This document shows positions 1 through 12,321 of a stretch of 64,000 nt of DNA, in pieces. The stretch spans positions 744,001-808,000 of the forward strand of contig JANHCV010000014.1 of assembly GCA_025594325.1 (NCBI GenBank). Reading direction: 5' to 3'. Numbering within the stretch: the stretch's first letter is position 1; every line of letters starts with the position of its first letter. The stretch comes from Blastocladiella emersonii ATCC 22665 (Eukaryota; Fungi; Blastocladiomycota). The notes beneath the pieces were generated by a model. That model was not told where the DNA came from, did no database searches, and saw only the letters and a list, made by a program, of their open reading frames with translations. Made by a program: the position numbers and the translations under genes.

Positions 1-140
1 GGCACACGAGGCATCACAAACATAGCGTATCTAGAAACCAAAGTCGTTGAAGTTGAGGAAACGAAATCGATATAAACTCGGCGGTCGCTCCCGCGCCACA
101 CTGAAGAAATCACACTCGATGCCCGCTCACTGCTCACTGC

Positions 141-2593
141 TCACTGCAGCTCGAGCGAGACGAACAGCGACTCAACCGCACCGGCCGTGGTCACCGGAGC
201 AACATGACGGAGTTCACAGAAGACCGCGCGCGCTGTGTCCGCGTCGAGCTGATGCTTGGTGCTCCGCGCCATCTTCATGAGCCACTTGGCGTCCTTGACG
301 CCGTCCAGCGCGCCATCGGGCACAAGTTCCCAGAAGTCGAGCGGGAGCACCGTGTCGGGTCCAAGCTCGGCAAGCGATGCCGCGGGCTCGGCACGAAACA
401 GAAACCGGAACGCCTGCTTCAGGCGCGGAACGACCGGGACGCGGCACCGCGGACAGACGCCGTTTGGGTACTCGGCGAGCTCGTCGTCAGTGCGGCCCTG
501 CAGCCCGCTGCGGCCCTTGGCCTGCGCAATAATTCGAACAGATCCCGCACGGTCCGGAGGGAACCACCCGGTCGGCGTGTAGGCCGAGCCCATGACCTCG
601 CGGATCAGCCGGTGAAGTTCAGTCATGGCAGCTGTCCAGGAAGCGTGGACCTCGAGCGTGCAGCGCTGCGATTCCTCACGCGGAGTTGGCGAGTACAGCG
701 TCTTGGTATGGCTGCCAACGATATGGTTGAGCAGGATAGAGAGAAACATGCGCGCCGTGGTCGAACCCTTGGCGCGGACCTGCTGAAGCGCCGCGTCACG
801 CATATTCGGGTCGTTGAGAACAATGGCAGGGAGCCAAGCCAGAACGTGCAAATCATGCATGTTTGGCGAACGAGCGACAGCGAGAAATTCGTTGGCCAAG
901 CAGAACAGGAGCCACGGGCTGAGTCGACGTTGCTCGCTGCACCCAAATATGCAGTTTAGAGTCAGCACAATAAACCGCGAGACCGAGAGCTGATTTTCTG
1001 CCGCCTCCTCCATGACGGCAAAGTCGCCCTGCAGTGCTGCCGCAAAGTCGGGAAGCGCGGCTTCAAACTGCTCGCGCCCAAGCTGACGGTAAGCGTGGAC
1101 CAGGATGTTGGTCGCGCTGCGGCCACCCTCGTAAATGCCGAGAACACTTACTCGGAATGCTACAAGAGGAGCGAGAATATGTCACCACAGGTCGACTGGA
1201 GCACTCGAGCTACGCGCATACCTTCGACGAGTACAAGAGCAAGCCGTGACTCAAGATGCTCGGCCACAAATACTGAGAGATCGCTGGTACCCGTGCTGTC
1301 GTCCTCCGCCAGGCCCTTCAAGAGAATTTCCGCCCACGTACCTTCGTTAAACACACCGTGCTTGTCGAGGAGAGCGAGCAGCTCCGCATCGAGGTGCTCG
1401 TACTTCCACTCTCTGACCTGAAGTCGGACGTTTCGCAAACCATTTTCCTCGATGCCTTCGGCGAGACAGGCCGGGTGGTGCTCCGCGACAAAACGTACAA
1501 AGTCACGCGGGATCGGCGCAAGCAGATAGTTGATGAGATGGAGTCAGGCGGGCGACCACATGCGGCCGGGTCTGCGCTTGCGCAGCAGCCAGTCCAAGAT
1601 TGGTATGTAATTGGCAGCTGGGCGCGAAAAGTCTTGTTTGGGAAGGGTCGCGAGCGCAAAAGGCGCGACCGTGTTTTCGCCAAATGCATGCGCTAGCCCC
1701 ATCATGTCGATGCGGAAGCGCGGGTCGATGAGCACGCGGAACGAGTTGGGACACCACATGACAGCCGAGAGCAAGCACATGTGCTCGAGCAGCGAAGTGG
1801 GTTGAAGTTTGTTATCATGGGCGTCGCCTAAAACCGCAAGAATGCAGGAATTGCTGAGCTCGAGCTCACCCTCCAGTGTTAAGGCGAACCATTTCGACGG
1901 CGGCAGGGCTCGCTTCAAAACGCTAGGAAGGTCTCGCTCAACAGCGGCGAGCAAGTCAGTGAGCAGGTCGGCATCGTCCATGTGCACAGCGGCACAGAGT
2001 AGAAGGTACGGCGCAGCAAGATGCGGGTGCAGGACCTGGTTCGACCGCGCTCTGGCAAGGTCGCCAACCGGATCCACTGAGGAATAGAAAATATCCGCTA
2101 ACGCCCAAGCCGTCTCGCGTCTGAGGGTCGAAGCGTGCTTGCGCGCGTACTGGCGCTGGTCGAAGAGGAACCCGGTCATCAGCGCGCGCATAAGCTGCGC
2201 ATCTGGACCAAGGACGCCTGGGAGCGGTGATTTGAGCGTCGAGTTAAAGTATGTCTGGCTGAGCAGAAACGTAAGCTCGTGAAACACGCGCAGTCCGCGC
2301 GAATTTTGCTTGTACAAGTCAGCGAGCTGCGGGCGGAAGGAGCGGCGGAGCACGATCGGCGCCCAAATCCGGTTGATCGAAGGCTCGCAGGCGGGTCCAA
2401 TGATGCAACGAGAAGCAACACACAAGATTGAGCGCGGCCGCGCAAGCTGTAAGACCAGCGTCAAGATGGCGTCCGGCAGCGCCGTGACGGGTGCAACGAC
2501 AACACCAGGTTCCGCGGCCGGTGCCACCGACGGGATTTCGGCCTCCTCTGTGGCAGTTTGCAGCGAGTTATGACGGGAGTCCATTCGATTCAT
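141..2593 (-). pseudogene. Large F-box-like protein (family Z copy 1), one intron (1160-1221) and one in-frame TGA (1544-1546)
   Basis: ORFs 1544..2638, 1160..1438 and 141..1013 join into one frame. The TGA sits in-frame (SPA*LHLINYLLAPIPRD vs SDRGAHILDVLLNPLPRD in copy 2), and a GTATGC...TTGTAG intron links the last two ORFs. N-terminal VTALPDAILTLVLQLA is F-box-like; the C-terminus has a CPRC motif. Collinear with 2965-5411. Confidence 0.75.
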
Positions 2594-2964
2594 GGTTGGG
2601 AGTGCGTTCGCGGCGGGAGCTTCGACGGTTCGCTCCACCCGGTCAGCTTCCCATGCGTCCTGGGTCGCTCGAATCTTGATGTTTCAGCACGTGTTCTTCT
2701 TCTCATGTGGACACAGAATCGACATCCCGAGCACCCACAACAGAACATGGCCGGATGTGCTCAAAAATGTGGTGTCAGTCACATCACATGACTGTCGCGT
2801 GATTGATCGACGCGTCTCATGTCTCCTGTCTCGTGCCGCGAGAGGCTCCATGCGGAGCGACTTCGGTTTTCCTCAACATGTGTGGAATGCAAGAGAATGA
2901 CCTTTAGTGACTGAATTCAGACGGCGACGCTTGCCAGGACGGTACCGACCAGGCCGCTCGACTG

Positions 2965-5411
2965 CTAAAGCGTGAAGGTCGCAAGCAGGAACTTGACAGC
3001 GCCAGCCGACGTCGCGGGCGCGACGCGATGAAGCTTGCGAATGATCGCGCTCGCCGTGACCTTGTCGAACTCGCGGATCGAGGTGCGCGCCATGGTCACG
3101 AACCATTTCGCGTCCTTGGCGCCGTCGAGCGCACCATCAGGTACAAGCTTCCAGAAGTCAAGCGAAAGCGCCGTTTCCGGGTCAATCGCTGCGAGCGATG
3201 CCGCGGGCTCGGCGCGGAGAAAGAACCGGAGCACCTGCTCCATGGGTGTGATCACTGGCGCATGGCACAGCGGACAAGTGGCGTTCGGGTGGTCGAGACG
3301 TTCGCGCTCAACGTGGCCGTGGAGTCCGTCCTGAAGCGTGTCCCGAGCAAGATTGCGGATGGACTCGGCGTAATCAGCACAGATACTCGCATCCGCGCAG
3401 CTGGGCGAGCTAGCGCTTTCGCGAATCAGCCCGTGCAGGTCAAGCATGGCAGCCAACCAGGATGCGTGTGTCTCAGGCGCGCAACGGTGCACTGGCGCTT
3501 CGCGCGAGTCCTGCGGGGGTAAAGTCGACTCGTCGCTGGTGTCCGTCAGGATATGGAGAAAGAAGGAAAGGTAATACACCGCGATCGCGGCACCTTCGGC
3601 GCGGACATGTGAAAGCGCAGCCTCGCGTGTATCCGGGTCGCCAAGGGCAACAGCAGGGAGCCACGTCATACAATGCAAGTCATGCGCCTGTGGATTGGGG
3701 GTGATAGTGAGGAACTTGTTGGCAAGGCGAAACAACAGCAATGGGCTGAGCTGGCGCCGCTCGGCACGACCGAAGACCCGATCAAGTGCCTGCGCGATGG
3801 CTTTCGAGAATTCGATTGGGTCGGCCACACGTTGCCGCAAGGAAACGAACGCGCTATGCACTGCCATGGCGAGTGCAGGCAGCAAGGTCACAAACCGCTC
3901 GTGCCCGAGCTGGCGGTGTCCGTAGTGCAGGATGCGGGATGTGCAACGGCTGAAAGTTCCGGTCGCGAAGATGCTGCAATAAAACGCTATTACAATGGAG
4001 TGTGTCAGGGTTTGTGGTTTCCAGGATCAGGTTCGAACGCACCCAGAATGAAAGCTTCCGTGAATCGCTCCCCAAGCCGCTCGAACACAAACGAGGGCAG
4101 TCTGCTGATTCCAGTGTTAACTTCCTCGACCATGCCAATTCCGAGAATGCGTGCCCACGATTTGCAGTTCATAAAACCCAGCCCGTCCAGTCGCGCAATC
4201 AAGTCCAAGTCGACGTGTTTTGGCGCCCCCCACTTGAAAATCCGGATTCGAACCGCTTCAACATCGCGCTCCTCGGTTCCCTCGGTAAAGCAAGCCGGGT
4301 AGCGCTCGAGCGCGTAGCGCAGGTAATCGCGCGGAAGTGGGTTGAGCAAGACGTCGAGGATGTGCGCCCCGCGGTCTGACCGAAGCGCGCCAGGCTTGCG
4401 CGTGCGTAGAAGCCAGTCGAGAATGGGGATGCGGGCTGCGGGCGGACCAGAGTGATTTTGATAAACCAGGTTGACGATGGAGAGCCGTGCCATGACGTTG
4501 TCGCCAATCGAGTGCGCGAGAGTCTGCATATCGATGCCAAAACGCGAATTGCTGAGAACGCGGAAAGCGTTACCGCGCCACAGGGCGGCTGAAAGCAGGA
4601 CCAGGTGTTCGATAAACGGCATGGATAGGAGCTTGTTCGTTTCCGGTCCCATGTGCGCGAAAGAGGCGTACATGTGCGTGACCATCAGTCCCTCGATGGT
4701 TAGCCCCCACCATGCAAACATTACGCGCATCGAGAGAATGACGGGGAGATCCCGCTCGACGAGTGAGAGCAGGCGCTCGAGCAACTCGGGGTCGTCCATG
4801 AGTACGGCAGCAGCGAGGATGTAAAAGGGCACGTGGAGGTGCGCGTGAGTAGCGTAGCTTGGCCGAAGCTTTTCAATGGTAGTAACTGGGTCGGGAGCCA
4901 TGTATAAGCAACGTTTTACGGCCCAAAACAGCTCTTTCTCGATTGTCGCGGCCCTCCGACGTGCGTGTTGGCGCTGGTCGAACAAGAAGCCTTTCATGAG
5001 TGTCTCGAGCAGCTGCGCATCCGGACCAACGATTCCGCTCACGGGCGTCTTAAACCGCGCGTTAAAAGTCATTTGATGCAGAACGAAGCCGATCTGGGTG
5101 AAGATACGGTTGGGGTACGCTTTCTTGTACAGCTCGACAAGGACCGGGTTCATGAAACGGCGAAGGACAACGGGCGCCCATATACGGTTGATCGAGAGCT
5201 CGCGAGCGGCAACAGTGAGAAATTTAGAAGCAGTGGAGACGGTCGAACGCGGCCACGCCAGTTGCAAAGTCGAGGTCACGACGGCGTCGGGCAGCTCCGT
5301 GAAGCGTAGGGCAGCAGCGACGGGCTCCACTGCTGCTGCCACGGGCTCGACGTCGACACCATATACAGCAGATTGCATCAAGTCGGGATGCGTTTCCTTC
5401 ATTGAATCCAT
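2965..5411 (-). CDS. Large F-box-like protein (family Z copy 2), one intron (3987-4042)
   Basis: ORF 4005..6071 from MDSMKE (FTELPDAVVTSTLQLA, F-box-like) splices GTGCGT...AATAG in-frame into ORF 2965..3891. Tandem paralog of 141-2593. The start codon is uncertain. Confidence 0.75.
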
Positions 5412-5611
5412 GTTTGGCGGTTCGATCGGAAGAGAGCGCGTTCGGCGACGCGTCGCGTCGCGTTTCGCAGCATGGGAACGCGAACACGTGCGCCTGATCA
5501 ACGCGACGTGCATGCGGATGCGAGGCTCGTTTTGGTTTGCATAAGATGAAAGACTGGCAAATTCTGAATCTATTTCTCGCATCGAATGACCCCTTGAAAT
5601 ACACAATAGCG

Positions 5612-6784
5612 CTACTCCTGACCCGCAAAGTAACCTGGAGCGAGAACCGACGCCTTCCACCACGCGACAACCTTGCGGAACCCGAGCTCGGCGGCCTTGT
5701 CGATCGCGCCCGTGTCGACTGGAAGCGTCACACCCGACCGAAGCCGCCACCAATCGAGCCGTGCAAGAACCTGGTCTTCGTCGTCGCCGCTGTTCACGTC
5801 CGCCCACGTCGCGGGGCAGATAAACTGGTGGCCGTACAGCGACTGCGAGAGCCAGGTAAGACTGTTGATCTTGTTGTGGCGGCTGGCGAGCGCGATGGGT
5901 TTGGGCCAAAGCGGTTTGCCAAAGTAGTTGGTTGTCAGGTCGGCGCCGAATGCGTCGGCCTCGGACATGATCCAGTCGAGCGACTTGGTGTTTTCGGCGG
6001 CGAGCAGATCCATGATAAGATCCTCCCAGTCGATGTTGGACAGCCACGAGCGCCACACCTTGCTCTCGCACATGGTCATGAGCATGTCAAAGCTGCCCGC
6101 CTTGAGCGCCATGTGCGCGAGGTCCTCGGGCTCGCCGACGCTAAGGCCGCTGACGCGCTCGAGCCAGTCGATGATACCAAACTTGTCCTGCTGGATAGCC
6201 GCCTGCACCGCGCGGTCCGTGAACAGCGGGCGATAGCGCGACCGCATCCATCACTGGACTGTGTGCCAGTGGCCGCGGCAAATGACCTCGTCGAGGGCGC
6301 GCGTCGAGTAGCCCTTGAACAGCTCGTTGGACTCGAGCCACTCCAAGACGTCACACTGGCCGTGCGCCGACGCCTCGTCGACGAGCTCCGCCGCATCGTA
6401 GTACCGCGGGTTCGAGTTGAGCCACTCGTCGAGCAAGTCGGTATAGCCCGAGGCGCAGAGTAAGTGCGCGTAGAACTTGGAGCGGACCGGGTCCTCGAAG
6501 CCGCGACCCAAATCGTCGCCCGGCCCGCGGCACTGGATCAGCCGGTCGCGAAGCAGCTCGTTCTCGGGCTTCAAAGCGTAAGCCCGGAAGTTGGGATGAA
6601 TGGCAAGCCGCAAGACAAGTCGGCGGAGCCGATTCAGGCCGGGCGCAACGGCGAGAAGTGGCAGCGGATCGACGCGGGTAAGCGACGGGTCGTCAAGGAA
6701 GACGCGGATCAAAATGTCCTCGACGATCGAGAGCGCGAGAGTCGGCTGACTCTGATGCATGGAGTGGTCTTCATTGAGCTTCAT
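5612..6784 (-). pseudogene. Ankyrin-like repeat protein (family W copy 1) with a single in-frame TGA at a conserved Trp (6251-6253)
   Basis: ORFs 6251..6784 and 5612..6247 are in frame: CAG TGA TGG where paralogs have WW. Repeats such as LVDEASAHGQCDVLEWL and AIDKAAELGFRKVVAWW. Confidence 0.8.
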
Positions 6785-6951
6785 GGTTGAGCGTGATCTA
6801 GCGTTGGGAAGGAGAGGGAGAGTGGGCGGCGGCGATCAACGAGTTGCGTGAATGCAGGCGATCGCCGCTCCGCTCAAACGTGATGTGGCGTGGCGCGTTG
6901 CCGCTGTCCGAGGCCTTCAAGACGAGAGATCGAGCTCAGCAATGTGATGTA

Positions 6952-9811
6952 CTAGGGGTGTGTGCGTTGCACACTCTGTCTCAGCAGTAGGCGACTCGGC
7001 TGGCCGGCAAATGACTGAACATCAAAGTCGAGTTGACGGGATGTGGTCCGTCTTGTGAGGGAAGCAGTTTTGCTAAGTCGAGCATGTGCCAGTCGCTGTC
7101 GCCCTGACCGCTGCTCTTAACAACGAGCTGCCGCCAAAGGAGTGGTCCGGTTGTGGAGGGCTTGCGGACGAGATCGACGCACTCGAGGTCAAAGATTTCG
7201 TCGGGTTGGAGACCGAGGCGACGCGCGTGTTTCGCGGCGGCCATCGAGTTCCACGCGTCGCGCACCGAGTTCTGCGCCGTGATGAGGACCTGGTCGCCCC
7301 AGTCGTCGAGCTGGCCTGAGTGCTGGCCCAGTACGACGTCTGCTCGCCGCGAGCCGAGGTACTCGATCACGCGCTGCGAGACGATGCAGTTGCGCAGGTC
7401 CTGGAGCAAGTTGAGGAAGCTCGCGTCGCCCGACTGCCGCATCTGCTGCACGAGAAAGAAGACCGAGTCGAAGGCGAGCCACCGATCGCGACCAATGTTG
7501 GCGTCAGTTCGAGTTCTGCTGACCGCTGGCCGCTCCTTGCGCTTGGACGCGCGCTTCTTCTGCTGCTGCCGAGGCTCGCCGTCGACCTGCATCGGGTCTC
7601 CATCATGAACCGCGTCGATGTCCGCCTCGGGCTCGGTCGCCTGTTCCGAAGGGATTGTGAGCGAGCGGGCCATGACGGGCTCGAACTGGAAAAAGTCGCC
7701 AAACGCGAAGACGTGCAGGCCGCCAAACGGACGATGGTCGCGGCTCGGGTATAGCGCGTCGAAGCGCAAGTGCATTGCGGCGAACAGCTCGGCGCCGACC
7801 ATGGAGATCGAGGCCTCGAGCTTGGCCTAGGCTTTGTCGCTCATCAGCTTGGTCGCCGAGACGATGGTGCCGATACCGCACATCAGCGTTGCCACGCTTG
7901 ATGGCATTGAGCGTCGACTCGACGTGCTCGACGACGCGGCGCTCCTCGACGTTGAGCCCTTGAAGGTACGGAGCGAGTTGCTCCTGTCGCGCGAGCTGCT
8001 CCCGGACGGCTGGCGGTGCGACACCACCGTCTGCTTGAACGAGTCGAGCGCGAGGTGGCTCCGCCGAGCGTTCTGCTGCAAACCGACGGGCATCCTCGTC
8101 GGCCTTCCTGGCCAGATCGGCGTAGTTGGCGAGTTGCGCGAACCACGCCGGATCCGAGTCGACCTTGAGCAGCTGCTGGCGAAGCTCGAGTGGCAGAGCA
8201 GGCACGGGCGCGTTCGAGTTTGAGAGCAGTCCGTAGTGTACTGCCGACATGAGGAGCATGACCGCGTGCTGGTCGTTCTGGGAGATGATCGAGAGGATCT
8301 CGTGCAGGAAAGCGTCGTTGCCGTGAGCTTCTTGCGCGATGCCGACGGGCATGATCTCACCGTCAGCCTCGTCGTCGTTACCCATGCCAGTACCGCCGGC
8401 GCGTCGAAGGTCGACCTGCTCGGGCGTCGCGCTGTTGTCGGCCTCCGAATCGTCGACCAGCTTGCCGGGTGACGTGTTCACGTAGTTGCGGAAGTTGTTG
8501 ATCCACCGGAGCCGGTCGCTGCCCTGCTCGAGCGTGCTTTTGAAGAGATCGAGCGTCTGCGACCACGTCTCGCCGCGAGCCGGAGCCACCTCGTTGATGG
8601 CGCGGAACGGCTTGAACAGGATCATGGAGATCATGGCGCGCGACTCGGTGCTGCCGATATCGGACGACTGGCTGACCTGCTTGTTGAACAGCGGCACGGG
8701 AACGACCTTGGTCGCGCGCATCGCGACGACGAGCTTGCCGACTGCAGCATGGGTGCCGCGGAACCTGTACCGCGGCTCGGCGTGGCGACCGCGCTTGGCG
8801 CGCGGCACGTTGCCGTCGTCGGCATTGTCGTCGGGCACGGACTGCTGCGAGCGGTTCGTCGTGGACTTGATGGGCTCCACGCGACAGCACCAGACAAAGT
8901 CGTAGAGCGAGATCGACTTGAGCTCGCTGGGCCGGTGAATGTAGTGGTCGCTGATGGTGACTTTGTCGGTGATTGGGCGGTTCTCGAAAGTGATGCGCTC
9001 GTCGTCGTTCTCGTCGTCCTCCTGCTCGAGCTCGCGTTCATCGTCGACTGCCGCGGCGCCGTCCTCGCCGACGCGCTGCGCGTCAGTTGTGTTGCCTGAT
9101 GCGTCCGAGCCCGCCGCGTTTGTGACCATGCGCAGGAACTGGTAGAGCGGGCCGTGGGCGAAGATGTACGTCGTGGAGACCCACGTCTCCTCGCCCTTGC
9201 GGATCAGGTCAAGCGCGATCTGCTGCCCGTTGATCTCACGCGACGTGGTCAAGCGGTTGATGAGGCCGCGCAGAATGGAGCTGACGGAGAGCTGGAGCGT
9301 AACTTCTTGGCGCGCTCGAGGGGGGCGTACGTGCTGTAAGAGTACGGCGGCACCTTGGCGACGTAGTTGGTGATGTAGTACATGACGTTTGCGGGGTTGA
9401 AGCCAAGAAGCGGAAAACCAGATCTCAGGATTCCTTCAGAGGTCCATGTAACGCGAAGAAAATGGACACAGAGCGCTTTAAGAGAAGGATATCTGAGCAA
9501 AAAAAAACAGTCAAAGAAGTCAATTCACGATTGTGATGAACACGGGGGTAGGGAAGAAGGCGAAAGACAGAAGTGGATCAAATCGGTCATGACTCCGCTA
9601 GATGATGCTTTCTATGGTGCCAACCTTGTTGCATAGAGTTACAGGATAGATTGTATCAGAGTATTTACAGAAAAGTGAGGAGAAGATAATTCGAGCGCGA
9701 CCGAGACGCGTCGCGACGCGTGTTGATGGGAGTGGCAGAAAAGTCAGGCGTGCCAAATGGCCCAGCTTGAGCGCGAATTCAGCTCCACAGAAACTCAGCC
9801 TACTGCTGAGA
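6952..9811 (-). mobile_element. Helitron, internally deleted non-autonomous copy 1 (both termini present)
   Basis: Rep tyrosine motif YYITNYVAK (about 9355-9385); interdomain motifs HRPSELKSISLYDF and MILFKPFR; PIF1 helicase SMVGAELF...FGGLHVFAFGDFFQFEPV. 5' end TCTCAGCAGTAGGCTGAG at 9811; 3' end hairpin GTGTGC-AAC-GCACAC plus CCCCTAG at 6952. Walker A region deleted and an in-frame TAG at 7827. Confidence 0.9.
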
Positions 9812-9845
9812 ATAATCAACAGCGGATGTGAAGGCGCACTCCAAC

Positions 9846-11030
9846 TCACTGGTACACTGGCACGAGGCCCGATCCCATCCACCACTCGAACACGCGGTTG
9901 TACCCGAGTGCGACCGCCTTGTTGAGCGCCTGCAGGTCGACTTGCAGCGGGACGCCGGCCTGGAGCCACCAGTTGAGTCGCGCAACGACCTGGTCCTCGT
10001 TGTCGCCCGGGTTCACGTCCGCCCAGCTCGCGGGACACTCGAACCCGTGCTTGTGGAACGTCTTGGCGAGCCAGCCAAGACTCGCGAGCTTGTTGTGCTT
10101 GCTGGCGCACTCGACGGCCTCCTGCCAGAGCTCGCTGTAGTAAGACATATCCTCGAGGTAGAAGCCGTAACCCTCGGCCTCATAGTACACCCAGCGGAGC
10201 GACCGCACGTTCTCGGTCTTGACGAGGTCCATGACGACGCCGTACCACTCGGCCTCGCGGATCCAGTGCTTGTACAGCTTGTGCGTCGACAGCCGCTCGA
10301 CAATCTCGTAGCTGCCAGCGACGAGCGCGAGCTGCCCGAGCTCATGCGGGTGGCCGATCCCGTTGTACGGGTGGCCCATGGCGCCGCGCGGGCCTTCGCG
10401 GTCCAGCCACTCGATCAGGCCAAAGTCGTCGCGCTCGACGAGCGCAGGGAAGGCGCGCTTTGTGAACTTGGGCGTCAAGCCGGACCGCCGCCACCAGTCA
10501 ACGGCGTCCCAGCTCCGCGAGCAAAAGGCCTCGTCCAAGGCGCGCTCCGAGTACTCTTCGTCCTCGATAAAGTCGCTCTCGCGGAGCCAGTCCAGCGCTT
10601 CGTCGTTGTTGTGCGCAGAAGCCACCTCGATGAGCCGGGTGGTGTTGCGCAGGCGGGGCGTAGACTCGATCCAGTCGCCCAGCTCCTCGGGGCCACGCGA
10701 GGCGCAGAGCAGCGCGCCGTAAAATTCGGAGCGTGCGCAGTCCTCGTTGTCGAACTGGTCACCCTCGGCAGCAGGCTCGCGCGACTCAATCAGCCGCTCG
10801 CGCAGCGAGGACTGGTTGCGCTCGAGCGCCAGGTCGCAGAAGCGCGGGTGCATGGACACGTGCAGAACGAGGCGGCGAAGGCGAGCAAGGCCGGGAGCAA
10901 CGCGCAGGAGCGGGAACGGGTCCGTGCCGCGCGAGTCGGCGAGGACGGCCTGCATCAGGATCTCCTCGACGATCGACTTTGAAAGAACCGGTAGTTTGCG
11001 TTGCATGGAGTTGTATTCATGTGAGTTCAT
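9846..11030 (-). CDS. Ankyrin-like repeat protein (family W copy 2), intact, 394 aa
   Basis: Uninterrupted ORF, collinear with the other W copies (LSKSIVEEILMQAV...DPFPLLRVAPGLARL; ankyrin-like A..GH..L.WL repeats). Confidence 0.8.
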   Translation of the reverse strand: MNSHEYNSMQRKLPVLSKSIVEEILMQAVLADSRGTDPFPLLRVAPGLARLRRLVLHVSMHPRFCDLALERNQSSLRERLIESREPAAEGDQFDNEDCARSEFYGALLCASRGPEELGDWIESTPRLRNTTRLIEVASAHNNDEALDWLRESDFIEDEEYSERALDEAFCSRSWDAVDWWRRSGLTPKFTKRAFPALVERDDFGLIEWLDREGPRGAMGHPYNGIGHPHELGQLALVAGSYEIVERLSTHKLYKHWIREAEWYGVVMDLVKTENVRSLRWVYYEAEGYGFYLEDMSYYSELWQEAVECASKHNKLASLGWLAKTFHKHGFECPASWADVNPGDNEDQVVARLNWWLQAGVPLQVDLQALNKAVALGYNRVFEWWMGSGLVPVYQ

Positions 11031-11157
11031 CTTTCTAGCTTTTTAGGGGCGGGATCAGGGAGAGAGAGGGCGGAGCGCGCAACAACGTGCGCCGAGTTCA
11101 CCGAATCCACACGTGATGTCTCGCAGACGTTTAATACAAGCTGTATGCATGAAGAAA

Positions 11158-11758
11158 TCACTCGCCGACCGCGGCCACAACCATTTCAATCGCCCCACAG
11201 CTCGCCGCCGTCGCGATCCGCGTGCCCGCGGCGAGAATCAGCGGGATCAGGCTCAGGTCGAACATGTCGAGTAGCGGGAGCCCGTAGCGTTCCGGATCGT
11301 ACTGGAGCACCGCAAGCAGAACGGCTGACACGAGCACGACAGCCGTCGCCGCCACCTCGGCGGTCCGCTTGCCCTTGCGTGCCGCGAATACGGCCCACGC
11401 GTAGACAGCGAGCTGGACTGCGGACGCCGCCAGAATCGCGGCGCGGGCCGCCCACCGCGCGTGGTGCAGCTTGATCACGGCGTCGAGGTTGAGCTTCTCG
11501 GGCGCGGCCTCGGCCATCCACTTGATGGACTGGAGCTGCGACGGGCCGTTGAGCAGTTGCTCGGTCACCCACGCGAGCATGACCAGGCGGCCGATCTAGA
11601 AGACGGCGACGTGAGATTAGGCGGAACTCAGGGACGAGGCGGAGTGGGCGTACGATCGCGGCAAGGTCGAGGAAGCCCTGGAGGAGCTTGACGGCCGTGT
11701 TGGGCTGAACAGCCGCGGTCGTGGGCTTGCCGGTGATCGGGTCCTTGGAGACGGGCAT
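11158..11758 (-). CDS. Small multi-pass membrane protein (paralog of 60450-61053), intron 11596-11653
   Basis: Exon 1 MPVSKDPITGKPT...LAAI splices GTACGC...TTCTAG to IGRLVMLAWVTEQLL.... Several hydrophobic segments; both exons match the paralog near 60.5-61 kb. Confidence 0.8.
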
Positions 11759-12321
11759 GTTGACGTAGTAGGAGGTCTGATCAGAGTGTGCGGAGAGCGA
11801 GAGCTTGGCCGTGGGAGGACCGGTGCTTTCAAGGACCTGCGCGCAGGCGAAACCGGGGCGTGAATCCGGTGGCCGTCCGTCCCCTGATCGGACTGACGTG
11901 GCGCCTCCACGTCGGCTACCGTGGCCGTCGCCACGTCAACATGTACCACGTCGACGTGTTTTAAGGGAGTGCGTCTCAATCTTTCGAGTGCTGACGTGGG
12001 AGACAACAATTGAGTTGCGGGGGTTGCCGAGCATTGCCCGCCGCAGTGCCTCGCGAGGTCGAGGGGTGTTTACAATCTAATCTTCACGTTGCATCTAGTC
12101 TTGCATCGCAGGAGGGTGCTTGGTTGTGCGTGCGCTTGAGAGCGTCGGGCGCAGAGTTGGTGATGCTGGTGGTGGCGGCGGTCGGTCACTCAAGCGGCGC
12201 CACCGGCGCCACATCACGCCGTGGCGCGACACGTCCTCTTCGGGCAGCCGCCGCTCAAAGCGAGAGCGTTTTGATGGGATAGCGCTATATTCATGATGAA
12301 TCGGATGTCTCATGACTGCGA

